A stretch of DNA of 24,067 nt from Capsulimonadaceae bacterium. GTDB taxonomy: Bacteria; Armatimonadota; Armatimonadia; Armatimonadales; Capsulimonadaceae. The stretch spans positions 1-24,067 of the forward strand of contig DASXUY010000059.1 of the NCBI GenBank assembly GCA_036504535.1, given 5' to 3'. A program made the translations under genes and the position numbers. Positions 1 through 8,666 of the stretch are shown here, piece after piece (positions within the stretch are counted from its first letter, which is position 1; each line of letters begins with the position of its first letter). The notes beneath the pieces are model-generated. The model worked only from the letters and a program-made list of their open reading frames with translations. It did not search any database and was not told the origin of the DNA.

Positions 1-140
1 CGAAGAGCAGCATCACGGATGCCGACCTCGCAGCGACAGTTGTCCAGTACACGAAGGACCAGATCCTGGTTCAGTCGTCTACCTCGGCACTCTCGTATGC
101 TAATCAGCAGCCGCAGTCGATCCTGAAGCTTCTCCAGTAA
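1..140 (+). CDS. fliC: Flagellin, C-terminal end only (5' part lies outside the window)
   Basis: The frame starting at nt 3 reads KSSITDADLAATVVQYTKDQILVQSSTSALSYANQQPQSILKLLQ* (TAA at 138-140). This is the conserved flagellin C-terminal helix. It is followed by flaG-fliD-fliS. Confidence 0.85.
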   Translation, partial: KSSITDADLAATVVQYTKDQILVQSSTSALSYANQQPQSILKLLQ

Positions 141-178
141 GGAGAATCCCTGACTGGCTAAGACCCAGCCAACTCTCG

Positions 179-209
179 CTCAGCCCTTCGGTTCGTCCGG
201 AGGGCTGAG
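179..209 (+). terminator. Stem-loop just downstream of the flagellin stop (possible intrinsic terminator or attenuator)
   Basis: CTCAGCCCTTCGG (179-191) pairs with CCGGAGGGCTGAG (197-209): 13 bp including one G-U, loop TTCGT. Only a weak U-run (GGGACTTTGGG) follows. Confidence 0.35.
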
Positions 210-271
210 GGACTTTGGGACCGACCTGGTAGATTTGCCTGATAAGGTATAACCGGTATCGATGACCAAAG

Positions 272-700
272 ATGAAGGTGACGACTATGTCCATCCTGGT
301 AAACAACAATATAACGGCGCTCCCGGGGAGTGGCGGCCAGGCTACTCCGATGCCCACTCTCACAAAAGAAGCATCGACTCTTCCGCCGGTAGTGTTCGCT
401 ACGCACGAAGCTACCAGCTCGGAACATGGCCCCCCGGCCAAAAATTCTAAGACTGCAGCGCTTTCGCCCGAGGACCTAAAAGACCAACTCGACAAAGCCC
501 TACAGAAAACCGGTATAAAAGCCGAAATAGAACTTAAGGATACCGGGATAATGGTCGTCCGCTACAAGGATATGGAGAGCCAGCAAGTTGCCTTCCAGAT
601 TCCGACTCAAACGGTGCTCGACTTGATCGCTAGCTTGAAGCAAAGCGCAAAGTCAGCTCAACCAGCCGTTTCGGGAGCGATCATTGACCAGCAAGCTTGA
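272..700 (+). CDS. flaG: Flagellar protein FlaG
   Basis: The C-terminal part (LDKALQKTGIKAEIELKDTGIMVVRYKDMESQQVAFQIPTQTVLDLIASL) matches the FlaG family pattern. It sits between flagellin and fliD. An alternative start is ATG 287 (MSILVNNN...), 7 nt downstream of a GAAGGTGA Shine-Dalgarno-like motif. Confidence 0.7.
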   Translation: MKVTTMSILVNNNITALPGSGGQATPMPTLTKEASTLPPVVFATHEATSSEHGPPAKNSKTAALSPEDLKDQLDKALQKTGIKAEIELKDTGIMVVRYKDMESQQVAFQIPTQTVLDLIASLKQSAKSAQPAVSGAIIDQQA

Positions 701-757
701 ATGGTGACTCTGGCATGTGGTTTATTGCCGAGTCGCAGCTCAATCAGGTAATAAATC

Positions 758-3115
758 ATGGCTTCATCCGCAATTACAATCAGCGGACTCGCGTCTGGCC
801 TCGACACGACGAGTATTATCACGGCGTTAACGTCGGCTGAAAATACCGCGATCACGCGCCAGACAACCAAGCAGAGTGCCCTTAAGTCTAAGCTTGCCAC
901 GTGGCAAACTTACAATGCCAATCTGCTCGCGCTGCAGTCGGCCACCGTCAGCCTGAGTACCCAGGCCGCATACGGCAGCTCATCAGCAACATCATCGAAT
1001 GGTGGCGTTGCGACTGTGACCGCGTCAAGCGGCGCTGCGGCGGGTACGCACAACCTAAGCGTCACCACCCTCGCGCAAAACCAGCAAGTTCTGTCCGGCA
1101 GCCAGAGCGACTCGTCGACGCCCCTCGGGTTCGGCGGCACATTTGAGCTCAACGGAAAGTCCATCACAGTCGCCAACAGTGACACGCTTGCTTCCGTTGC
1201 CACCGCCATCAACAACGCCAACACAGGCGTCACCGCGAAGGTCATCACCGTATCCGCTGGAAACGTTAAACTCAGCCTCTCGTCGAACAACACCGGTACG
1301 CTCAATTCAATTTCGGCTGCGGACCTCGGCAGCGATACCGTGCTCAAACAACTCGGCTTTGTCTCAGCAGCCAGCACAACAGCCATCCGCCAGAGCGTCA
1401 CATCGAACACCGGCGCAACAGGGGCGGGTTCTCTCGCGTTGAACAGCTCCACAACCGCGCTCGGATCGCTGCTGAACGGCTCGACGTCAACAGTCACAGC
1501 CCCATCGGGCACCGTAAAGATCAATGGCACCGACGTAGCGCTGGATCTCAACACGATGTCGCTCAATGATGTCGCCAACGCCATCAACTCAGCCGGTATC
1601 ACGGACGTTACCGCGCAGGTCATTGGTGTGCCCGACTCTGCTGGCAATATCACAGCCTCCAGCAAGCGACAGATACAGATCGTTTCCGGCTCTGGGGCAG
1701 TCACAGCCAGCAGCTTTACCGATTCTAACGGCGTGCTTGCATCGCTGGGCATAACCCAGCAGTCGTTTACAAATCAGGTCGCAGGGGCGCAGGATGCCAC
1801 ATTCACCGTGGACAACGTTGCCTATACGCGCTCAACCAACTCGGTGAACGATGTCATTCCCAACGTTTCGATGACCCTGCTTTCGCAAGGCACCGTCGGG
1901 TCGCCCGTGACATCCACAATCACGGTCACGCAGGACACAAGCGCCGCGCAGAGTGCTATCCAGAATCTGGTGTCGTCCTACAATACGATCAACCAGTTCG
2001 TCAACGACCAGAATACTTTTACACCGCCAACCAACGCGTCATCCGGTGAAGCGACAGCGTCGCCCGACCTCTTCGGCGACTACACGCTCATCAGCATGCA
2101 GCAGCAGTTGGGCAAAACATTTTCCAATGCGGTCAACGGCAAGACCATGTCCGACATTGGAGTTACGATGGGAACCGACGGCAGCGTTACCATCGACTCC
2201 ACCAAACTGTCTAAAGCTCTCCAAGCAGACTCCAAGTCGGTCTATCAGCTGTTCGGCGTCTCTGGAACGACAACAAATACTGCCGTAACGTTCGCCAGCG
2301 CTACTAACGCCACAAAGGCGTCGAGCGGCGCCGGTTACCCTGTCCAGATCACGACACCCGCATCGCAAGGCCAGGTGACCGCTGGAACTGCGCAGACATC
2401 GGCCAGTACTGCAGCCGAAACGCTTACATTCAACGGCAAGGCGTTCGGTTCGACAGCGTATAAGCTGACCGCGCCCTCAGGCACAACCCAGGCCGCGCTA
2501 GCGAACCTGATCAACACCAACGTCACGCTCAGCCAACTCCTTTACGCCACCGTCGACTCCACCAGTGGCAAGATGTCTATCACGTCGAAAGCCTTCGGTA
2601 TCGCGGGCAGCTTCAATGTGACATCCAGCCTCACGGCGGCGACGGACAATTCAGGAATTGGCACAACCACAATTTGGGGAGCTGGCGCCGACGTCTCCGG
2701 CACCATCAACGGCGAAGCGGCGACGGGCCTCGGCCAAACCCTCACCGGCAAAGCTGGCAACGTAAACACCGAAGGGCTCGTGCTCAAGATTACGGCAACA
2801 GCCGCAGGCAGCTACGGTAGCGCGGCGGTCACGCACGGTATTGCCAACCAGCTAAGTAGCCTCGTAGATTCGTTCACATCCGGCAAGCTCAGCCCAATCA
2901 ACGCAGCCGAAGACTCAATCAACAGCCAGATCAACGACATTGATACGCAGGTGACACAAATGCAGACGTCACTTGAGAAATACAAAGCGCAGCTCACCGA
3001 CACTTTCAATAACATGGAAACCCAGATGTCGAAGCTGAAGGCGCAAAGCGATGCCTTCAACGCGCAAAGCGGCACGGTTTCATCGACGACTTCAACGAAG
3101 AAGACGTCTAGCTAA
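758..3115 (+). CDS. fliD: Flagellar filament cap protein FliD (hook-associated protein 2), unusually long at 785 aa
   Basis: The N-terminus (MASSAITISGLASGLDTTSIITALTSAENTAITRQTTKQSALKSKLATWQTYNANLLALQSA) and the C-terminal coiled coil (INSQINDIDTQVTQMQTSLEKYKAQLTDTFNNMETQMSKLKAQ) are the conserved FliD terminal regions. It lies in the flaG-fliD-fliS order. Confidence 0.9.
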   Translation: MASSAITISGLASGLDTTSIITALTSAENTAITRQTTKQSALKSKLATWQTYNANLLALQSATVSLSTQAAYGSSSATSSNGGVATVTASSGAAAGTHNLSVTTLAQNQQVLSGSQSDSSTPLGFGGTFELNGKSITVANSDTLASVATAINNANTGVTAKVITVSAGNVKLSLSSNNTGTLNSISAADLGSDTVLKQLGFVSAASTTAIRQSVTSNTGATGAGSLALNSSTTALGSLLNGSTSTVTAPSGTVKINGTDVALDLNTMSLNDVANAINSAGITDVTAQVIGVPDSAGNITASSKRQIQIVSGSGAVTASSFTDSNGVLASLGITQQSFTNQVAGAQDATFTVDNVAYTRSTNSVNDVIPNVSMTLLSQGTVGSPVTSTITVTQDTSAAQSAIQNLVSSYNTINQFVNDQNTFTPPTNASSGEATASPDLFGDYTLISMQQQLGKTFSNAVNGKTMSDIGVTMGTDGSVTIDSTKLSKALQADSKSVYQLFGVSGTTTNTAVTFASATNATKASSGAGYPVQITTPASQGQVTAGTAQTSASTAAETLTFNGKAFGSTAYKLTAPSGTTQAALANLINTNVTLSQLLYATVDSTSGKMSITSKAFGIAGSFNVTSSLTAATDNSGIGTTTIWGAGADVSGTINGEAATGLGQTLTGKAGNVNTEGLVLKITATAAGSYGSAAVTHGIANQLSSLVDSFTSGKLSPINAAEDSINSQINDIDTQVTQMQTSLEKYKAQLTDTFNNMETQMSKLKAQSDAFNAQSGTVSSTTSTKKTSS

Positions 3116-3123
3116 CCGCACAA

Positions 3124-3159
3124 CCTGATTTTGGCGGCCGCGTGGTGAACGACACGACC
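3124..3159 (+). terminator. Interrupted hairpin plus T-run between fliD and fliS
   Basis: GGCGG (3124-3128) pairs with CCGCC (3149-3153) and CGTG (3132-3135) with CACG (3044+100 = 3144-3147). TTTATT follows at 3154-3159. Confidence 0.3.
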
Positions 3160-3268
3160 GCCTTTATTGCAAAGGTCACGATGACCGATCGTTCACATTA
3201 AATCTCGTGAACCTGATGGAGTCCGCGAACCGGACAATTGGGTCACAACAATTGGATGCAAGAATACC

Positions 3269-3703
3269 ATGAGCTTACCTAACCCTTACGCCCAATATCG
3301 CCAAACTCAGGCGCAAACGTCCGGGCAGTTGAAGCTGATCATCATGCTTCACGACGGTGCGATCCGGTTCCTACAGCAGGCCTCAGCCGCCATTCAGGTC
3401 AAAGATTACTCGAAGATGTCTGAGAACTTCAACCGCGCAAACGATATCCTGATCCACCTCTGCGCCAGCCTCAAACCAGAAACCGGCGAGATCGCCGTCA
3501 ACCTCAACAACATCTATCTCTACTGCCAGGAGCGAACAGTGGTCGCCAACGCGACTGAAGACGTGAAGATCGTAGAGGAAATTATCGGCCATTTGCGCCC
3601 AATACGGGACGCGTGGGACCAGATCGAGCACTCCAAGGGCTCGGAATCGCATGCATCGGATGCACCCAGATCCGCTCGCAACGATTGGTCTTTCGCGGCG
3701 TAG
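3269..3703 (+). CDS. fliS: Flagellar export chaperone FliS
   Basis: PYAQYRQTQAQTSGQLKLIIMLHDGAIRFLQQA is the typical FliS N-terminal helix-bundle signature. It lies directly after fliD. Confidence 0.9.
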   Translation: MSLPNPYAQYRQTQAQTSGQLKLIIMLHDGAIRFLQQASAAIQVKDYSKMSENFNRANDILIHLCASLKPETGEIAVNLNNIYLYCQERTVVANATEDVKIVEEIIGHLRPIRDAWDQIEHSKGSESHASDAPRSARNDWSFAA

Positions 3704-3759
3704 TCGCGCAAACTACAGTCCACCGCCGAATGCGGTGTACAGAGGATTAGAGCCACTCA

Positions 3760-4155
3760 ATGACGGCTCAGGACGCCATGACTGAACGCGCGAAATACTC
3801 GTGCCTTCTGCAGCTCTCACGCGAGCAGCTGAAGGCCATCGAACACGCCGACACGCCTGCCTTCGAACGCATTTTGGTCGCAAAAGATGCGCTCATACGA
3901 AGCCTCGGCGACGCCAATGCCCTTATCGAAACAGACCCTTCCGTACGCGCCCTCATAGAAGCCATCAAACTCAGCGAAGCAGACGCCCAAACCGCGCTGC
4001 AGGCCAAGCTGGAGGCGATCAAAGGGGAGCTGAACGGGATGCAGCAGCAAGCAAGCGCACGGAACGCCTACGGCCGATTCGACGGCTTCTCCAAGCACGG
4101 ATACGACCTGCGCAAAGATAAAACGCTGCCACGATTCATCGACAACGCTTATTAG
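3760..4155 (+). CDS. Small all-helical protein of the flagellar operon (FliT/FlgN-like by position only)
   Basis: 131-aa ORF 56 nt after fliS on the same strand. It is helix-rich and Ala/Leu/Glu/Gln-rich (LQLSREQLKAIEHADTPAFERILVAKDALIRSLGD...). I recognise no diagnostic motif. Confidence 0.5.
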   Translation: MTAQDAMTERAKYSCLLQLSREQLKAIEHADTPAFERILVAKDALIRSLGDANALIETDPSVRALIEAIKLSEADAQTALQAKLEAIKGELNGMQQQASARNAYGRFDGFSKHGYDLRKDKTLPRFIDNAY

Positions 4156-4308
4156 CTTGCTCACGAGAATCATACGTTTGCGAGGATGGCTTATTTAGCC
4201 TACTGATCGGTGATCGCCGAATGGTACTAGCTGCTGAACGCGCAAAATTTCCTTCCCGTTGCGGGTCCCGAGTCCGCGAGGGGGATGGGTTCTTTGCTGC
4301 TTCGTCCC

Positions 4309-5391
4309 TTACGCGGCGAGGAAGCGCACAATCGGCGCATGGATCTTTGGCCAATCCGTGAGGAACGCGTCGTGCCCGAGGGGAGTCTCGATATCGATAT
4401 GCTGCGACGTCACGCCAACGCTCGCCAGCGATTCGTGGAGTTCGACCAGTTGACGCGTGGGAAACAGCCAGTCCGTGGAGAACGATAGCAGCAGGACTCG
4501 CGCCTTTACTGGTGCGAATGCTGCTTGCAGGCTGCCATACGACTTCGCAAGGTCGAAGTTTTCTATCGCCGCAGACAAGCACAAGAACGAGTTCGGATCA
4601 AAGCGCCCCACAAACCGCCCGCCTTCATCCTGCAGTTCGCATTGAACACCAAACGTCCCCGCGTACGCATCTATCGGCCGTCGGCCAAACTCCGCTTCCA
4701 GGTGCTCAGCGCTCACATACGTCAGGTGAGCCGCCATTCGCGCCAGTGCCAGCCCCTTCGCCGGAAAGCTCTTCCCGTAGTAATCCCCACCGTTCCAGTC
4801 TGCGTCGCTCAAAATCGCCGCGCGGCTCACTTCGGCCATCGCCAGGCTCATCGCGGACAGCCGAGCAGCACAAGCGATAGGGATTGCGGTTCGAACGAAC
4901 TCCGGATACGACACCAGCCACTGCAGCGCCTGCATCCCGCCCATGGATGCGCCCGTGACACTCGCCAGCGATTTCACCCCGAGGTGAACCAGCAGCCGGT
5001 ACTGCGCATCAACCATGTCGCGAATTGTGATAACGGGGAATTTGCTGCCGTAAGGCTTGCTGGTCGCAGGGTCGACGCTCGACGGCCCCGTGGAGCCCTT
5101 GCAGCCGCCGATGCAGTTTGACGACACCACGAAAAAGCGGTCCGTATCGAACGCTTTCCCAGGCCCGATCATATCGTCCCACCACCCCACCTTGCCGGTA
5201 TCGGCGTGGACTCCTGCCGCATGCGCGTCGGCGGTGAAACCGTGAACAATGAGGAGCGCGTTATCGCCAGCGGGGTTCAGCGTGCCATACGTCTCGTACG
5301 CCAGCGTCACCGGCGACAGAACATGACCGCTTTCGAGCGTGAACGGAGCATCGGTATCGGCAAACGTGTAGAGTTGTGTCTCAACAATCAT
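4309..5391 (-). CDS. metX: Homoserine O-acetyltransferase
   Basis: Contains LIVHGFTADAHAAG, WWDDMIGPGKAFDTDRFFVVSSNCIGGCKGSTGPSS and the GASMGG nucleophile elbow. The ORF-track start at 5424 is TTG. ATG 5391 (MIVETQLYTFADTDAPFTLESG...) gives the usual MetX N-terminal length. Confidence 0.9.
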   Translation of the reverse strand: MIVETQLYTFADTDAPFTLESGHVLSPVTLAYETYGTLNPAGDNALLIVHGFTADAHAAGVHADTGKVGWWDDMIGPGKAFDTDRFFVVSSNCIGGCKGSTGPSSVDPATSKPYGSKFPVITIRDMVDAQYRLLVHLGVKSLASVTGASMGGMQALQWLVSYPEFVRTAIPIACAARLSAMSLAMAEVSRAAILSDADWNGGDYYGKSFPAKGLALARMAAHLTYVSAEHLEAEFGRRPIDAYAGTFGVQCELQDEGGRFVGRFDPNSFLCLSAAIENFDLAKSYGSLQAAFAPVKARVLLLSFSTDWLFPTRQLVELHESLASVGVTSQHIDIETPLGHDAFLTDWPKIHAPIVRFLAA

Positions 5392-5448
5392 CTCGATACG
5401 ATGATACCTTGCCACGAAAGGCAAGCATACCCCCCGATCGCCTGATTA

Positions 5449-5503
5449 CCCGACCGCCGCTCGCTCGGCTCGCTGCCCCCATTCTGAAATGGGGGCTATT
5501 TTT
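5449..5503 (-). repeat. Partial, inverted-orientation copy (D) of the intergenic repeat family
   Basis: The + strand CCGCTCGCTCGGCTCGCTGCCCCCAT-TCTGAA-ATGGGGGC matches the minus strand of copy A (CCTGCTCGCATGGCTCGCTGTCCCCGC-AG-GCGGGGAC) and of copy C. It has an 8-bp hairpin at 5475-5496. Confidence 0.5.
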
Positions 5504-5583
5504 CCAGACATCGCGCCACGATTGCAGGTTCGTCCAAGAAACCAATTCGTGAATTAGGCTAAACCTTCGTATGCTCATTGTTT

Positions 5584-5652
5584 CCTTCCCGCCTCGGGAA
5601 GGTGTCATTTCGACGCGAGATTTCTCGCGTCGAAATGACGGATGGGCATCCG

Positions 5653-5653
<1 letters not shown>
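5584..5653. repeat. Three consecutive hairpins in the metY-metX spacer, including a 17-bp perfect palindrome
   Basis: Hairpin 1: CCTTCCCG/CGGGAAGG (5584-5602). Hairpin 2: GTCATTTCGACGCGAGA/TCTCGCGTCGAAATGAC (5604-5639, 2-nt centre). Hairpin 3: ACGGAT/ATCCGT (5638-5653), which overlaps the metY stop. Confidence 0.6.
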
Positions 5654-6981
<1,328 letters not shown>

Positions 6982-7151
6982 TCAGCGATTGACATCATCG
7001 ACAATCCAGCAGCCAACTCAAGGAACGAGGCGTAATTTTGTAAAGGTAGCCTAATTCTACCTAATTCCTATGGGAATAGCACGGTTACTAGGAAAAGATG
7101 TGGAATTATTTCTAGCAGGATGGATATAAGCGCCACGAATTGCAAGCGCAA

Positions 7152-7363
7152 CAAGCTCCACGCCACCCCTACACCGATCCAACGAAACGTTGGCACCCAG
7201 CCGGACAGGCTGCCCCTCGGCGAGCAGTCTTACCCGCCATCGTCGAGCCAAACATCCCCGGCCCGCCAAGCGGTGGTCGGTGACCTCGCTTCCGAGCGCA
7301 ACAACAGAGTCCCCGCCTGCGGGGACAGCGAGCCATGCGAGCAGGGGGGCGTTTGGGGCTATT
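7152..7363 (+). repeat. Intergenic repeat family, full-length copy A
   Basis: It shares its start (CAAGC..CCCCTACACCGATCCAACGnnnCGTTGGC) and its end (GCCAAGnGGTGGTCGG...ACAACAGAGTCCCnGC..GCGGGG....GGGGC.TATTT) with copy C. It abuts the vapC stop codon. Confidence 0.6.
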
Positions 7364-7810
7364 TCAGGAAAGGGCAAGCAGATCATCGAGGGCGACGACG
7401 GTAATGTCGGTAACCCGCTTGAGGTGAAGGTCATTTGTGACGAAAATGTCGCAATTCGCGGCGATTGCTGTAGCGATGTGAATGGCGTCCGGTGTCTTGA
7501 GGCCGTATGAAGCCCGTAGCCTCGCGGCTTGTGCGGCAATCGACTGCGAAACGTCAATGAGTTGAAAATGGCGGCTTGTCGTCAGTAACGCCGTGTACTC
7601 AGCAACGAGAGACGAGTTGTCCATTTGAATGGGCCTGACGAGCACCTCTGTCAGGGCTATCGCTGATGCGAACGCACACGCACTCGCGTCAATGTGCTGG
7701 AGAATGCGGCGAACGACGCCAGAATAGGTGGGATGCTGCTCAACGAAATAAATAATCGGAACGGTGTCGAGTCCGATTCGGGAAGCATTGAGTATAGCTT
7801 GAAAAGTCAT
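7364..7810 (-). CDS. vapC: PIN-domain toxin (VapC-type ribonuclease)
   Basis: The four PIN acidic positions are recognisable (LDTVPIIYF, LTEVL, TPDAIHIATA, VTNDLHL). ATG 7810 overlaps the antitoxin stop in an ATGA junction (7807-7810). The ORF-track start at 7831 is less likely. Confidence 0.85.
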   Translation of the reverse strand: MTFQAILNASRIGLDTVPIIYFVEQHPTYSGVVRRILQHIDASACAFASAIALTEVLVRPIQMDNSSLVAEYTALLTTSRHFQLIDVSQSIAAQAARLRASYGLKTPDAIHIATAIAANCDIFVTNDLHLKRVTDITVVALDDLLALS

Positions 7811-8046
7811 ACGCTGCTCGGCTCGTCCCACTCAGCCCGTAGCGCACTAACATACTCTGCGACATCGACACCTTTCCAAATCTCAGCCCCAAGTCCGTCC
7901 AGTTCAAGAAGACTTCGTTGGCCTGGTACGTCCTGTTTCGTGTCCAGCCCAAGATCCCGCGAGACGAGATCAAGCACTTTGCGCCGCTCCTCAACAGATA
8001 ACGGTCGCACGTAAGTTTCATACACGGTTTCGGCTATCGTCCCCAT
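7807..8046 (-). CDS. Antitoxin partner of the PIN toxin (79 aa)
   Basis: A small ORF immediately upstream of vapC and translationally coupled to it. ATG 8046 (MGTIAETVYETYVRPLSVEERRKVL...) aligns with the start of the paralogous copy at 8460. The track start at 8067 is TTG. Confidence 0.7.
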   Translation of the reverse strand: MGTIAETVYETYVRPLSVEERRKVLDLVSRDLGLDTKQDVPGQRSLLELDGLGAEIWKGVDVAEYVSALRAEWDEPSSV

Positions 8047-8129
8047 AAGGCTAACCCTTCTCTGCAACGCCGTCTATGTTCATTATACAATACCCAAACC
8101 GTCAATTTTATCGCCCGAATCCTGTATCC

Positions 8130-8220
8130 CAAACGCCTCACCACCCCTACACCGATCCAACGGAACGTTGGCGCCGTCCGCGCAGGACGCCCGCCCGGCG
8201 AGGGCATCTTCTCCCCAGTC
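8130..8220 (+). repeat. Intergenic repeat family, truncated copy B
   Basis: 8144-8214 matches copy C (11156-11226) at 68 of 71 positions by hand alignment. The half of the element that adjoins the gene in copies A and C is missing. Confidence 0.65.
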
Positions 8221-8460
8221 TCATTGCGCTTTTGGCGCATCCCACTCGTCACGCTCATCGTTGACGAACTGGTCCATGTCTCCACCCTGCCACAGCTCCG
8301 CCCCGAGTCCGCACAACTCGCTCAACTTTTGCTTCGCCTTCGGAGGAGCGTCGCCTGGGCTGGCTAGATCGTGCCTAGCAAGCTCGACCAACGCGGCCCC
8401 GTCCTCCGGTCACAGGGAACGAACATATGTCTCATAAACGCGAACCGCAGCACTAGACAT
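8221..8460 (-). pseudogene. Second copy of the antitoxin gene, interrupted by an in-frame TGA at codon 17, with no toxin gene downstream
   Basis: The minus strand reads MSSAAVRVYETYVRSL*PEDGAALVELARHDLASPGDAPPKAKQKLSELCGLGAELWQGGDMDQFVNDERDEWDAPKAQ*. That is 80 codons, the same length as the intact antitoxin and colinear with it (VYETYVR, LGAE[IL]W, EWD). GGGAGG lies 7 nt upstream of the ATG. The TGA is at 8410-8412. Confidence 0.65.
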
Positions 8461-8666
8461 CGCAGAACCTCCCGTGGTGTCGAGCAAGCTGTTTCAGGCA
8501 TTTGCGTAACCGTGTCCATCCTAAGTTCGTAACATTGCCATCATTCTCAGCAATATCGCAATGCCCGCCCCAGATGATCAACACTCTTGACTAGATGTTG
8601 TCCCCAATCTGCTCACGTCGTGAGGCAATATTGCCGTCGCGCGTGGGTAGTAGATGATGTAGTTAC

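Noticed and set aside
210-757. Sigma28-type (GCCTGATAA at 237-245; GCCGAGTC near 727) and sigma54-type (TGGCAT...TTGC at about 711-728) promoters upstream of flaG and fliD
   Set aside because: The -10-like GCCGATAA matches are imperfect and lack a properly spaced TAAA -35. The GG-to-GC spacing of the sigma54-like motif is 3 nt too long.
910-1752. 280-aa ORF on the - strand, plus other long antisense ORFs (12065-12799, 12513-13043, 12944-13474, 18419-19042, 20414-21112)
   Set aside because: Each is embedded antisense or out of frame in a confidently identified gene (fliD, mutS, katE, GH127). None has a recognisable motif. These are high-GC shadow frames.
7057-7557. ORFs spanning the intergenic repeats (7057-7557, 7120-7404, 7190-7510, 8034-8285, 8076-8264, 8168-8437, 11130-11420)
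   Set aside because: They are created by the repeat copies A, B and C and run into neighbouring genes on the wrong strand or frame. The same peptide-like strings recur because the DNA is repeated, not because it is coding.
8410-8412. In-frame TGA of the antitoxin paralog read as selenocysteine or programmed readthrough
   Set aside because: There is no obvious SECIS-like hairpin directly downstream. The paralog has an ordinary Ser codon at this position, and the partner toxin gene is deleted. Pseudogenisation is the simpler reading.
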